This document shows, piece after piece, positions 40,501 through 55,249 of a DNA stretch of 64,000 nucleotides. Position numbers and translations under genes: made by a program. The DNA is taken from assembly GCF_009914755.1 (NCBI RefSeq), contig NC_060948.1; one strand, written 5' to 3'. Position 1 is the first letter of the stretch. The number at the start of each line of letters is the position of its first letter. Source of the DNA: the human T2T-CHM13v2.0 reference genome, Homo sapiens. Below the pieces are notes generated by a model. That model was not told where the DNA came from. It was given only the letters and a program-made list of their open reading frames with translations, and searched no databases.

Positions 40501-43500
40501 AATGAAATTGAATCAACAGGAATGGAAGGGAATACAATAGACGGTAATGGAATGGACTCGAATAGAATGGACACGAATGCTCAAATTGAATGGACTCGAA
40601 TGGAATGGAAACGAAAGGAATGTCATCGAATGGAATTGAATCGATTGGAATGAAATGGCATAGAATGGAGTGGAATCAAATGGAATTGAATCGAAAGGAA
40701 AGGAAGCGAATGGACTGAAATGAAATGGAATGGAATTGAATGGAAAGTAATGCAATGGAATAGAATGGAACGAAATTTCACGGAATGGAATCAAACTGAA
40801 TGGAATCAAATCAATGGAATCTAATCAAATGGAATGGAAAGGAATTGAATGGAATAGATTGGATTGGATGGGATTGGAATGAAATGTACTGGAAAGGACT
40901 CGAATTTCATGAAACGGAATGGAATGAATTGGAACGGAGTGGACTCGAATGGAATGGAATGTCATGGAATGGCATCAAATGGAATGGCATCAAATGGAAT
41001 GGAATCGAATGCAATGGAATGCTATGGAATGGAATGGAATGCATTGGAATGGAATGTCCTCTAATGGAATGGATTCGAGTGGAATGGAATCGAATATAAT
41101 TGAGTCGAATGAAATGGAATTGAAAGGAATGGGATCGAATACAATGGAATATACTGGAATGTAATGTAATGAACTCGAATGTAATTGACTGGAATGGAAT
41201 GTACATGAATGGAATGTAATCGAATGGAAAGTAATCCAATGGAATAGAATCTAATGCAATAAAATCGACTCAGATAGAGTAGAATGTAATGGAATGGAGT
41301 GCAGTGCAATGGAATGGAATGGAATGGAATGCAATGGAATGGAATGTTATGGAATGGAATGGGATGGAATGGTATGGAATGGACAGTAATGGACTGGAGT
41401 GAAATGGACTGGAAAGGAATGGACTCAAATTGAAAGGGCTCGAAAGGAATGGAGACAAATGGAATGGTCTGGAATGGAATGAACACGAATGTAATGCAAT
41501 CCAATAGAATGGAGTCGAATGGCATGGAATATAAAGAAATGGAATCGAAGAGAATGGAAACAAATGGAATGGAATTGAATGGAATGGAATTGAATGGAAT
41601 GGGAACGAATGGAGTGAAATTGTATGCAGTAGAAGAGAATAGAATGGAATGCAAGCGAAAGGAAAGGAATGGATTGGAATGGAATGGAATTCATTGGAAT
41701 GGAAGGGAATGTAGTGTAATGGACAGGCCTGGAATAAAGTGGAATGCTACGGTCTCGAATGGTATAAAAATGTATGGAATGGAATGCAATGAAACAGAAT
41801 CGAATGTCATAGAATGTAATGGAATGCAAAAAAATGGAATCCAAAATCATTCACTGGAAAGGCTGGGTGTCGAAAGGAATTGACTCCAATGGAATGGAAT
41901 CGAATGGAATGGAAGTGAATAGAATCGAACTAAATCGAATGGAATGGAATTGATAGGAACGGAATGGAAAGGAATGCAATGATTTGGCATGGAATGCAAT
42001 CGAATGGCATCGAATGGAATGGAATGGAATGCAATGGAATGGAATGTATTAGAATGTAATGAACTTTAATGGAATGTACTCGAATGGATTCGACTGGAAT
42101 GGAATGTTCTGGAAGTGAATGGACTCCAATGGAATGGATTCCAAAGGAATGGAATCGTACGGAATGGAATCTAATGGAATGGAATTAAATGGAAATGAAT
42201 CAAATTGAATAGCACGGAATTGAATTGAATGGAATGGAATGCAATGGAATCTAATGAAACGGAAAGGAAAGGAATGGAATGGAATGGAATGGGCTGGAAT
42301 GGAAAGGAATCGAAACGAATGGAATGGAATCGAAGTGAAGAGACTGGAATGGAATGCACTGGAATGGAAGGGAGTGTAATGGAAGGTTCTCGAAAAAAAT
42401 GGAATCGAATGGAATGGAATTGAATGGAACGGAATAGAGTCGAATGGAATTGAATGGAATGGAATGGACTAGAGTGAAATGGAATCGAACCACAAGGAAT
42501 GGACAGGAATAGAATGGTCTCGAATTGAATGGAATCGTATGGAATGGCATCAAACGAAATGGAATGGACAGCCACGGAATGGAATGCACTCGAATGCAAT
42601 GGAGTCGAAACTAATGGACTGGAATAGAATGGACTCGACTGGTACGGACTCCAATGGAATGGAATCGAATGGAAGGGAATCGAACGGAATGGACTCGAAG
42701 GGAAAAGACTGCAATGGAAAGGTCTCGAATGGAATGGAAATTAATTGAATGGAATGGAATCGAATGAAATGGAGTCAAAAGGAATGGAATCGAATGGCAA
42801 GAAATCGAATGTAATGGAATCGCAAGGAATTGATGTGAACGGAACGGAATGGAATGGAATCCAAAGGAATGGAATAGAATGGAATGGAATCGAATGGAAA
42901 GGACTCGAATGGAAATCACTCGAATAGAATGCAATTTAATAAAATAGGATCAAATGTAATGGAATGGAATGGAAAGGAATCGAAACGAAAGGAATGGAGA
43001 CAGATGGAATGGAATGGAACAGAGAGCAATGGTATAGAATGGAATGGAATCATCTGGAATGGAATTGAATGGAATGGAATAATATGAAATGGAATGGAAT
43101 GGAATGGAATGGAATGCCCTTGAATTAAATGGACCGGACTCGAACAGAGTGGAATGGAAAGTGTTGAGATAGAATGGAATGGACTCCTTTGGAATGGTGT
43201 AGTATGCAATGCAATCGACTGGCAGGGAATCAAAAGGAATGTAATGGAATGGATTGGACTGGAATGCAATGGACTCGAATAGATTGGAAACGGAATGCAA
43301 AGGAATAGAATGGAATAGTATGGAATGGAATGGAAAGGAATGGAGTGGAATAGACTAGAGTGGAATGGAATGGACTGGAAAGCAATGGACTGGAATGGAA
43401 CTTTCTTGAATGGACTGGAATCAAACGGAATGGAATGCAATGCAATCAAATGGCATGGAATAAAATAGAATGAAAGAGAATCAAATGGAATTGAATCGAA

Positions 43501-46500
43501 TGGAATCGAATGGATTGGAAAGGAATAGAATGGAATGGAATGGAATTGACTCAAATGGAATGGACTAGAATGGAATGGATTCGAATGGAAGGCAAAGGAA
43601 TGGAATCTATTGGAATGGACTGTAATGGAATGGAATGGAAGGGATTGGAATGGACTCGAATGGAATGGACTGCAATAGAAAGGACTCGAATGGAATGAAA
43701 AAGAATTGAATGGAATAGAACAGAATGGAATCAAATCGAATGAAATGGAATGGAATAGAAAGGAATGGAATGAAATGGAATGGAAAGGATTCGAATGGAA
43801 TGCAATCGAATGGAATGGAATCGAACGGAATGGAATAAAATGGAAGAAAACTGGCAAGAAATGGAATCGAAAGGAATGGAGTGTTATGGAACGGACTCAA
43901 AAGGAATTGAATGTAATAGAATGGAGTGGAGTGGACTCGAATATAATGGACTGGAATGGAATGAAATCACATGGAATGGGAACGAATGGAATGGAATGGA
44001 AAGGAATGGAATCGAATGGAAAGGAATCGAATGGAAGGGAATGAAATTGAATCAACAGGAATGGAAGGGAATAGAATAGACGGTAATGGAATGGACTCGA
44101 ATAGAATGGACACGAATGCTCAAATTGAATGGACTCGAATGGAATGGAAACGAAAGGAATGTCATCGAATGGAATTGAATCGATTGGAATGAAATGGCAT
44201 AGAATGGAGTGGAATCAAATGGAATTGAATCGAAAGGAAAGGAAGCGAATGGACTGAAATGAAATGGAATGGAATTGAATGGAAAGTAATGCAATGGAAT
44301 AGAATGGAACGAAATTTCACGGAATGGAATCAAACTGAATGGAATCAAATCAATGGAATCTAATCAAATGGAATGGAAAGGAATTGAATGGAATAGATTG
44401 GATTGGATGGGATTGGAATGAAATGTACTGGAAAGGACTCGAATTTCATGAAACGGAATGGAATGAATTGGAACGGAGTGGACTCGAATGGAATGGAATG
44501 TCATGGAATGGCATCAAATGGAATGGCATCAAATGGAATGGAATCGAATGCAATGGAATGCTATGGAATGGAATGGAATGCATTGGAATGGAATGTCCTC
44601 TAATGGAATGGATTCGAGTGGAATGGAATCGAATATAATGGAGTCGAATGAAATGGAATTGAAAGGAATGGGATCGAATACAATGGAATATACTGGAATG
44701 TAATGTAATGAACTCGAATGTAATTGACTGGAATGGAATGTACATGAATGGAATGTAATCGAATGGAAAGTAATCCAATGGAATAGAATCTAATGCAATA
44801 AAATCGACTCAGATAGAGTAGAATGTAATGGAATGGAGTGCAGTGCAATGGAATGAAATGGAATGGAATGCAATGGAATGGAATGTTATGGAATGGAATG
44901 GGATGGAATGGTATGGAATGGACAGTAATGGACTGGAGTGAAATGGACTGGAAAGGAATGGACTCAAATTGAAAGGGCTCGAAAGGAATGGAGACAAATG
45001 GAATGGTCTGGAATGGAATGAACACGAATGTAATGCAATCCAATAGAATGGAGTCGAATGGCATGGAATATAAAGAAATGGAATCGAAGAGAATGGAAAC
45101 AAATGGAATGGAATTGAATGGAATGGAATTGAATGGAATGGGAACGAATGGAGTGAAATTGTATGCAGTAGAAGAGAATAGAATGGAATGCAAGCGAAAG
45201 GAAAGGAATGGATTGGAATGGAATGGAATTCATTGGAATGGAAGGGAATGTAGTGTAATGGACAGGCCTGGAATAAAGTGGAATGCTACGGTCTCGAATG
45301 GTATAAAAATGTATGGAATGGAATGCAATGAAACGGAATCGAATGTCATAGAATGTAATGGAATGCAAAAAAATGGAATCCAAAATCATTGACTGGAAAG
45401 GCTGGGTGTCGAAAGGAATTGACTCCAATGGAATGGAATCGAATGGAATGGAAGTGAATAGAATCGAACTAAATCGAATGGAATGGAATTGATAGGAACG
45501 GAATGGAAAGGAATGCAATGATTTGGCATGGAATGCAATCGAATGGCATCGAATGGAATGGAATGGAATGCAATGGAATGGAATGTATTAGAATGTAATG
45601 AACTTTAATGGAATGTACTCGAATGGATTCGACTGGAATGGAATGTTCTGGAAGTGAATGGACTCCAATGGAATGGATTCCAAAGGAATGGAATCGTACG
45701 GAATGGAATCTAATGGAATGGAATTAAATGGAAATGAATCAAATTGAATAGCACGGAATTGAATTGAATGGAATGGAATGCAATGGAATCTAATGAAACG
45801 GAAAGGAAAGGAATGGAATGGAATGGAATGGGCTGGAATGGAAAGGAATCGAAACGAATGGAATGGAATCGAACTGAAGAGACTGGAATGGAATGCACTG
45901 GAATGGAAGGGAGTGTAATGGAAGGTTCTCGAAAAAAATGGAATCGAATGGAATGGAATTGAATGGAACGGAATAGAGTCGAATGGAATTGAATGGAATG
46001 GAATGGACTAGAGTGAAATGGAATCGAACCACAAGGAATGGACAGGAATAGAATGGTCTCGAATTGAATGGAATCGTATGGAATGGCATCAAACGGAATG
46101 GAATGGACAGCCACGGAATGGAATGCACTCGAATGCAATGGAGTCGAAACTAATGGACTGGAATAGAATGGACTCGACTGGTACGGACTCCAATGGAATG
46201 GAATCGAATGGAAGGGAATCGAACGGAATGGACTCGAAGGGAAAAGACTGCAATGGAAAGGTCTCGAATGGAATGGAAATTAATGGAATGGAATGGAATC
46301 GAATGAAATGGAGTCAAAAGGAATGGAATCGAATGGCAAGAAATCGAATGTAATGGAATCGCAAGGAATTGATGTGAACGGAACGGAATGGAATGGAATC
46401 CAAAGGAATGGAATAGAATGGAATGGAATCGAATGGAAAGGACTCGAATGGAAATCACTCGAATAGAATGCAATTTAATAAAATAGGATCAAATGTAATG

Positions 46501-49500
46501 GAATGGAATGGAAAGGAATCGAAACGAAAGGAATGGAGACAGATGGAATGGAATGGAACAGAGAGCAATGGTATAGAATGGAATGGAATCATCTGGAATG
46601 GAATTGAATGGAATGGAATAATATGAAATGGAATGGAATGGAATGGAATGGAATGCCCTTGAATTAAATGGACCGGACTCGAACAGAGTGGAATGGAAAG
46701 TGTTGAGATAGAATGGAATGGACTCCTTTGGAATGGTGTAGTATGCAATGCAATCGACTGGCAGGGAATCAAAAGGAATGTAATGGAATGGATTGGACTG
46801 GAATGCAATGGACTCGAATAGATTGGAAACGGAATGCAAAGGAATAGAATGGAATAGTATGGAATGGAATGGAAAGGAATGGAGTGGAATAGACTAGAGT
46901 GGAATGGAATGGACTGGAAAGCAATGGACTGGAATGGAACTTTCTTGAATGGACTGGAATCAAACGGAATGGAATGCAATGCAATCAAATGGCATGGAAT
47001 AAAATAGAATGAAAGAGAATCAAATGGAATTGAATCGAATGGAATCGAATGGATTGGAAAGGAATAGAATGGAATGGAATGGAATTGACTCAAATGGAAT
47101 GGACTAGAATGGAATGGATTCGAATGGAAGGCAAAGGAATGGAATCTATTGGAATGGACTGTAATGGAATGGAATGGAAGGGATTGGAATGGACTCGAAT
47201 GGAATGGACTGCAATAGAAAGGACTCGAATGGAATGAAAAAGAATTGAATGGAATAGAACAGAATGGAATCAAATCGAATGAAATGGAATGGAATAGAAA
47301 GGAATGGAATGAAATGGAATGGAAAGGATTCGAATGGAATGCAATCGAATGGAATGGAATCGAACGGAATGGAATAAAATGGAAGAAAACTGGCAAGAAA
47401 TGGAATCGAAAGGAATGGAGTGTTATGGAACGGACTCAAAAGGAATTGAATGTAATAGAATGGAGTGGAGTGGACTCGAATATAATGGACTGGAATGGAA
47501 TGAAATCACATGGAATGGGAACGAATGGAATGGAATGGAAAGGAATGGAATCGAATGGAAAGGAATCGAATGGAAGGGAATGAAATTGAATCAACAGGAA
47601 TGGAAGGGAATAGAATAGACGGTAATGGAATGGACTCGAATAGAATGGACACGAATGCTCAAATTGAATGGACTCGAATGGAATGGAAACGAAAGGAATG
47701 TCATCGAATGGAATTGAATCGATTGGAATGAAATGGCATAGAATGGAGTGGAATCAAATGGAATTGAATCGAAAGGAAAGGAAGCGAATGGACTGAAATG
47801 AAATGGAATGGAATTGAATGGAAAGTAATGCAATGGAATAGAATGGAACGAAATTTCACGGAATGGAATCAAACTGAATGGAATCAAATCAATGGAATCT
47901 AATCAAATGGAATGGAAAGGAATTGAATGGAATAGATTGGATTGGATGGGATTGGAATGAAATGTACTGGAAAGGACTCGAATTTCATGAAACGGAATGG
48001 AATGAATTGGAACGGAGTGGACTCGAATGGAATGGAATGTCATGGAATGGCATCAAATGGAATGGCATCAAATGGAATGGAATCGAATGCAATGGAATGC
48101 TATGGAATGGAATGGAATGCATTGGAATGGAATGTCCTCTAATGGAATGGATTCGAGTGGAATGGAATCGAATATAATGGAGTCGAATGAAATGGAATTG
48201 AAAGGAATGGGATCGAATACAATGGAATATACTGGAATGTAATGTAATGAACTCGAATGTAATTGACTGGAATGGAATGTACATGAATGGAATGTAATCG
48301 AATGGAAAGTAATCCAATGGAATAGAATCTAATGCAATAAAATCGACTCAGATAGAGTAGAATGTAATGGAATGGAGTGCAGTGCAATGGAATGAAATGG
48401 AATGGAATGCAATGGAATGGAATGTTATGGAATGGAATGGGATGGAATGGTATGGAATGGACAGTAATGGACTGGAGTGAAATGGACTGGAACGGAATGG
48501 ACTCAAATTGAAAGGGCTCGAAAGGAATGGAGACAAATGGAATGGTCTGGAATGGAATGAACACGAATGTAATGCAATCCAATAGAATGGAGTCGAATGG
48601 CATGGAATATAAAGAAATGGAATCGAAGAGAATGGAAACAAATGGAATGGAATTGAATGGAATGGAATTGAATGGAATGGGAACGAATGGAGTGAAATTG
48701 TATGCAGTAGAAGAGAATAGAATGGAATGCAAGCGAAAGGAAAGGAATGGATTGGAATGGAATGGAATTCATTGGAATGGAAGGGAATGTAGTGTAATGG
48801 ACAGGCCTGGAATAAAGTGGAATGCTACGGTCTCGAATGGTATAAAAATGTATGGAATGGAATGCAATGAAACGGAATCGAATGTCATAGAATGTAATGG
48901 AATGCAAAAAAATGGAATCCAAAATCATTGACTGGAAAGGCTGGGTGTCGAAAGGAATTGACTCCAATGGAATGGAATCGAATGGAATGGAAGTGAATAG
49001 AATCGAACTAAATCGAATGGAATGGAATTGATAGGAACGGAATGGAAAGGAATGCAATGATTTGGCATGGAATGCAATCGAATGGCATCGAATGGAATGG
49101 AATGGAATGCAATGGAATGGAATGTATTAGAATGTAATGAACTTTAATGGAATGTACTCGAATGGATTCGACTGGAATGGAATGTTCTGGAAGTGAATGG
49201 ACTCCAATGGAATGGATTCCAAAGGAATGGAATCGTACGGAATGGAATCTAATGGAATGGAATTAAATGGAAATGAATCAAATTGAATAGCACGGAATTG
49301 AATTGAATGGAATGGAATGCAATGGAATCTAATGAAACGGAAAGGAAAGGAATGGAATGGAATGGAATGGGCTGGAATGGAAAGGAATCGAAACGAATGG
49401 AATGGAATCGAACTGAAGAGACTGGAATGGAATGCACTGGAATGGAAGGGAGTGTAATGGAAGGTTCTCGAAAAAAATGGAATCGAATGGAATGGAATTG

Positions 49501-51900
49501 AATGGAACGGAATAGAGTCGAATGGAATTGAATGGAATGGAATGGACTAGAGTGAAATGGAATCGAACCACAAGGAATGGACAGGAATAGAATGGTCTCG
49601 AATTGAATGGAATCGTATGGAATGGCATCAAACGGAATGGAATGGACAGCCACGGAATGGAATGCACTCGAATGCAATGGAGTCGAAACTAATGGACTGG
49701 AATAGAATGGACTCGACTGGTACGGACTCCAATGGAATGGAATCGAATGGAAGGGAATCGAACGGAATGGACTCGAAGGGAAAAGACTGCAATGGAAAGG
49801 TCTCGAATGGAATGGAAATTAATGGAATGGAATGGAATCGAATGAAATGGAGTCAAAAGGAATGGAATCGAATGGCAAGAAATCGAATGTAATGGAATCG
49901 CAAGGAATTGATGTGAACGGAACGGAATGGAATGGAATCCAAAGGAATGGAATAGAATGGAATGGAATCGAATGGAAAGGACTCGAATGGAAATCACTCG
50001 AATAGAATGCAATTTAATAAAATAGGATCAAATGTAATGGAATGGAATGGAAAGGAATCGAAACGAAAGGAATGGAGACAGATGGAATGGAATGGAACAG
50101 AGAGCAATGGTATAGAATGGAATGGAATCATCTGGAATGGAATTGAATGGAATGGAATAATATGAAATGGAATGGAATGGAATGGAATGGAATGCCCTTG
50201 AATTAAATGGACCGGACTCGAACAGAGTGGAATGGAAAGTGTTGAGATAGAATGGAATGGACTCCTTTGGAATGGTGTAGTATGCAATGCAATCGACTGG
50301 CAGGGAATCAAAAGGAATGTAATGGAATGGATTGGACTGGAATGCAATGGACTCGAATAGATTGGAAACGGAATGCAAAGGAATAGAATGGAATAGTATG
50401 GAATGGAATGGAAAGGAATGGAGTGGAATAGACTAGAGTGGAATGGAATGGACTGGAAAGCAATGGACTGGAATGGAACTTTCTTGAATGGACTGGAATC
50501 AAACGGAATGGAATGCAATGCAATCAAATGGCATGGAATAAAATAGAATGAAAGAGAATCAAATGGAATTGAATCGAATGGAATCGAATGGATTGGAAAG
50601 GAATAGAATGGAATGGAATGGAATTGACTCAAATGGAATGGACTAGAATGGAATGGATTCGAATGGAAGGCAAAGGAATGGAATCTATTGGAATGGACTG
50701 TAATGGAATGGAATGGAAGGGATTGGAATGGACTCGAATGGAATGGACTGCAATAGAAAGGACTCGAATGGAATGAAATAGAATTGAATGGAATAGAACA
50801 GAATGGAATCAAATCGAATGAAATGGAATGGAATAGAAAGGAATGGAATGAAATGGAATGGAAAGGATTCGAATGGAATGCAATCGAATGGAATGGAATC
50901 GAACGGAATGGAATAAAATGGAAGAAAACTGGCAAGAAATGGAATCGAAAGGAATGGAGTGTTATGGAACGGACTCAAAAGGAATTGAATGTAATAGAAT
51001 GGAGTGGAGTGGACTCGAATATAATGGACTGGAATGGAATGAAATCACATGGAATGGGAACGAATGGAATGGAATGGAAAGGAATGGAATCGAATGGAAA
51101 GGAATCGAATGGAAGGGAATGAAATTGAATCAACAGGAATGGAAGGGAATAGAATAGACGGTAATGGAATTTACTCGAATAGAATGGACACGAATGCTCA
51201 AATTGAATGGACTCGAATGGAATGGAAACGAAAGGAATGTCATCGAATGGAATTGAATCGATTGGAATGAAATGGCATAGAATGGAGTGGAATCAAATGG
51301 AATTGAATCGAAAGGAAAGGAAGCGAATGGACTGAAATGAAATGGAATGGAATTGAATGGAAAGTAATGCAATGGAATAGAATGGAACGAAATTTCACGG
51401 AATGGAATCAAACTGAATGGAATCAAATCAATGGAATCTAATCAAATGGAATGGAAAGGAATTGAATGGAATAGATTGGATTGGATGGGATTGGAATGAA
51501 ATGTACTGGAAAGGACTCGAATTTCATGAAACGGAATGGAATGAATTGGAACGGAGTGGACTCGAATGGAATGGAATGTCATGGAATGGCATCAAATGGA
51601 ATGGCATCAAATGGAATGGAATCGAATGCAATGGAATGCTATGGAATGGAATGGAATGCATTGGAATGGAATGTCCTCTAATGGAATGGATTCGAGTGGA
51701 ATGGAATCGAATATAATGGAGTCGAATGAAATGGAATTGAAAGGAATGGGATCGAATACAATGGAATATACTGGAATGTAATGTAATGAACTCGAATGTA
51801 ATTGACTGGAATGGAATGTACATGAATGGAATGTAATCGAATGGAAAGTAATCCAATGGAATAGAATCTAATGCAATAAAATCGACTCAGATAGAGTAGA
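37600..51900. repeat. Four near-identical monomers, period exactly 3539 bp
   Basis: aatgttatgg (~37804, 41343, 44882, 48421), ggaccggact (~39592, 43131, 46670, 50209) and tggtataaaa recur at 3539-bp steps. The ORF track repeats at the same step. Confidence 0.9.
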
Positions 51901-54900
51901 ATGTAATGGAATGGAGTGCAGTGCAATGCAATTGAATGGAATGGAATGCAATGGAATGGAATGGAATGGAATGGAATGGAATGGAATGGAATGGAATGGA
52001 ATGGGATGGAATGGTATGGAATGGATAGTAATGGACTGGAGTGAAATGGACTGGAAAGGAATGGACTCAAATTGAAAGGGCTCGAAAAGAATGGAGTCAA
52101 ATGAAATGGTCTGGAATGGAATGAACACGAATGTAATGCAATCCAATAGAATGGAATCGAATGGCATGGAATATAAAGAAATGGAATCGAAGAGAATGGA
52201 AACAAATGGAATGGAATTGAATGGAATGGGAACGAATGGAGTGAAATTGTATGCAGTAGAAGAGAATAGAATGGAATGCAAGCGAAAGGAAAGGAATGGA
52301 TTGGAATGGAATGGAATTCATTGGAATGGAAGGGAATGTAGTGTAATGGACAGGCCTGGAATAAAGTGGAATGCTACGGTCTCGAATGGAATAAAAATGT
52401 ATGGAATGGAATGCAATGAAACGGAATCGAATGTCATAGAATGTAATGGAATGCAAAAAAATGGAATCCAAAATCATTGACTGGAAAGGCTGGGTGTCGA
52501 AAGGAATTGACTCCAATGGAATGGAATCGAATGGAATGGAAGTGAATAGAATCGAACTAAATCGAATGGAATGGAATTGATAGGAACGGAATGGAAAGGA
52601 ATGCAATGATTTGGCATGGAATGGAATCGAATGGCATCGAATGGAATGGAATGGAATGCAATGGAATGGAATGTATTAGAATGTAATGAACTTTAATGGA
52701 ATGTACTCGAATGGATTCGACTGGAATGGAATGTTCTGGAAGTGAATGGACTGCAATGGAATGGATTCAAAAGGAATGGAATCGTACGGAATGGAATCTA
52801 ATGGAATGGAATTAAATGGAAATGAATCAAATTGAATAGCACGGAATTGAATTGAATGGAATGGAATGCAATGGATTCTAATGAAACGGAAAGTAAAGGA
52901 ATGGAATGGAATGGAATGGACTGGAATGGAAAGGAATCGAAACGAATGGAATGGAATCGAACTGAAGAGACTGGAATGGAATGCACTGGAATGGAAGGGA
53001 GTGTAATGGAAGGTTCTCGAAAAAAATGCAATCGAATGGAATGGAATTGAATGGAACGGAATAGAGTCGAATGGAATTGAATGGAATGGAATGGACTGGA
53101 GTGAAATGGAATCGAACCACAAGGAATGGACAGGAATAGAATGGTCTCGAATTGAATGGAATCGTATGGAATGGCATCAAACGGAATTTAATGGACAGCC
53201 ACGGAATGGAATGCACTCGAATGCAATGGAGTCGAAACTAATGGACTGGAATAGAATGGACTCGACTGGTACGGACTCCAATGGAATGGAATCGAATGGA
53301 AGGGAATCGAACGGAATGGACTCGAAGGGAAAAGACTGCAATGGAAAGGTCTCGAATGGAATGGAAATTAATGGAATGGAATGGAATGGAATGAAATGGA
53401 GTCAAAAGGAATGGAATCGAATGGCAAGAAATCGAATGTAATGGAATCGCAAGGAATTGATGTGAACGGAATGGAATGGAATGGAATCCAAAGGAATGGA
53501 ATAGAATGGAATGGAATCGAATGGAAAGGACTCGAATGGAAATCACTCGAATAGAATGCAATTTAATAAAATAGGATCAAATGTAATGGAATGGAATGGA
53601 AAGCAATCGAAACGAAAGGAATGGAGACAGATGGAATGGAATAGAACAGAGAGCAATGGTATAGAATGGAATGGAATCATCTGGAATGGAATTGAATGGA
53701 ATGGAATAATATGAAACGGAATGGAATGGAATGGAATGGAATGCCCTTGAATTAAATGGACTGGAATGGAATGGACTCGAACAGAGTGGAATGGAAAGTG
53801 TTGAGATAGAATGGAATGGACTCCTTTGGAATGGTGTAGTATGCAATACAATCGACTGGCAGGGAATCAAAAGGAATGTAATCGAATGGATTGGACTGGA
53901 ATGCAATGGACTCGAATAGATTGCAAACGGAATGCAAAGGAATGGAATGGAATAGTATGGAATGGAATGGAAAGGAATGGAGTGGAATAGACTAGAGTGG
54001 AATGGAATGGACTGGAAAGCAATGGAGTGGAATGGAACTTTCTTGAATGGACTGGAATCAAACGGAATGGAATGCAATGCAATCAAATGGCATGGAATAA
54101 AATAGAATGAAAGAGAATCAAATGGAATTGAATCGAATGGAATCGAATGGATTGGAAAGAATAGAATGGAATGGAATGGAATGGACTAGAATGGAATGGA
54201 TTCGAATGGAAGGCAAAGGAATGGAATCTATTGGAATGGACTGTAATGGAATGGAATGGAAGGGATTGGAATGGACTCGAATGGAATTGACTGCAATAGA
54301 AAGGATTCGAATGGAATGAAAAAGAATTGAATGGAATAGAACAGAATGGAATCAAATCGAATGAAATGGAATGGAATAGAAAGGAATAGAATGAAATGGA
54401 ATGGAAAGGATTCGAATGGAATGCAAACGAATGGAATGGAATCGAACGGAATGGAATAAAATGGAAGAAAACTGGCAAGAAATGGAATCGAAATGAATGG
54501 AGTGTTATGGAACGGACTCAAAAGGAATTGAATGTAATAGAATGTAGTGGAGTGGACTCGAATATAATGGACTGGAATGGAATGAAATCACATGGAATGG
54601 GAACGAATGGAATGGAATGGAAAGGAATGGAATCGAATGGAAAGGAATCGAATGGAAGGGAATGAAATTGAATCAACAGGAATGGAAGGGAATAGAATAG
54701 ACGGTAATGGAATGGACTCGAATAGAATGGACACGAATGCTCAAATTGAATGGACTCGAAAGGAATGGAAAGGAAAGGAATGTCATCGAATGGAATTGAA
54801 TCGATTGGAATGAAATCGCATAGAATGGAGTGCAATCAAATGGAATTGAATCGAAAGGAAAGGAAGCGAATGGACTGAAATGAAATGGAATGGAATTGAA

Positions 54901-55249
54901 TGGAAAGTAATGCAATGGAATAGAATGGAACGAAATTTCACGGAATGGAATCAAACTGAATGGAATCAAATCAATGGAATCTAATCAAATGGAATGGAAA
55001 GGAATTGAATGGAGTAGATTGGATTGGATGGGATTGGAATGAAATGTACTGGAAAGGACTCGAATTTCATGAAACGGAATGGAATGAATTGGAACGGAAT
55101 GGACTCGAATGGAATGGAATGTCATCGAATGGCATCAAATGGAATGACATCAAATGGAATGGAATCGAATGCAATGGAATGCTATGGAATGGAATGGAAT
55201 GCATTGGAATGGAATGTCCTCTAATGGAATGGATTCGAGTGGAATGGAA

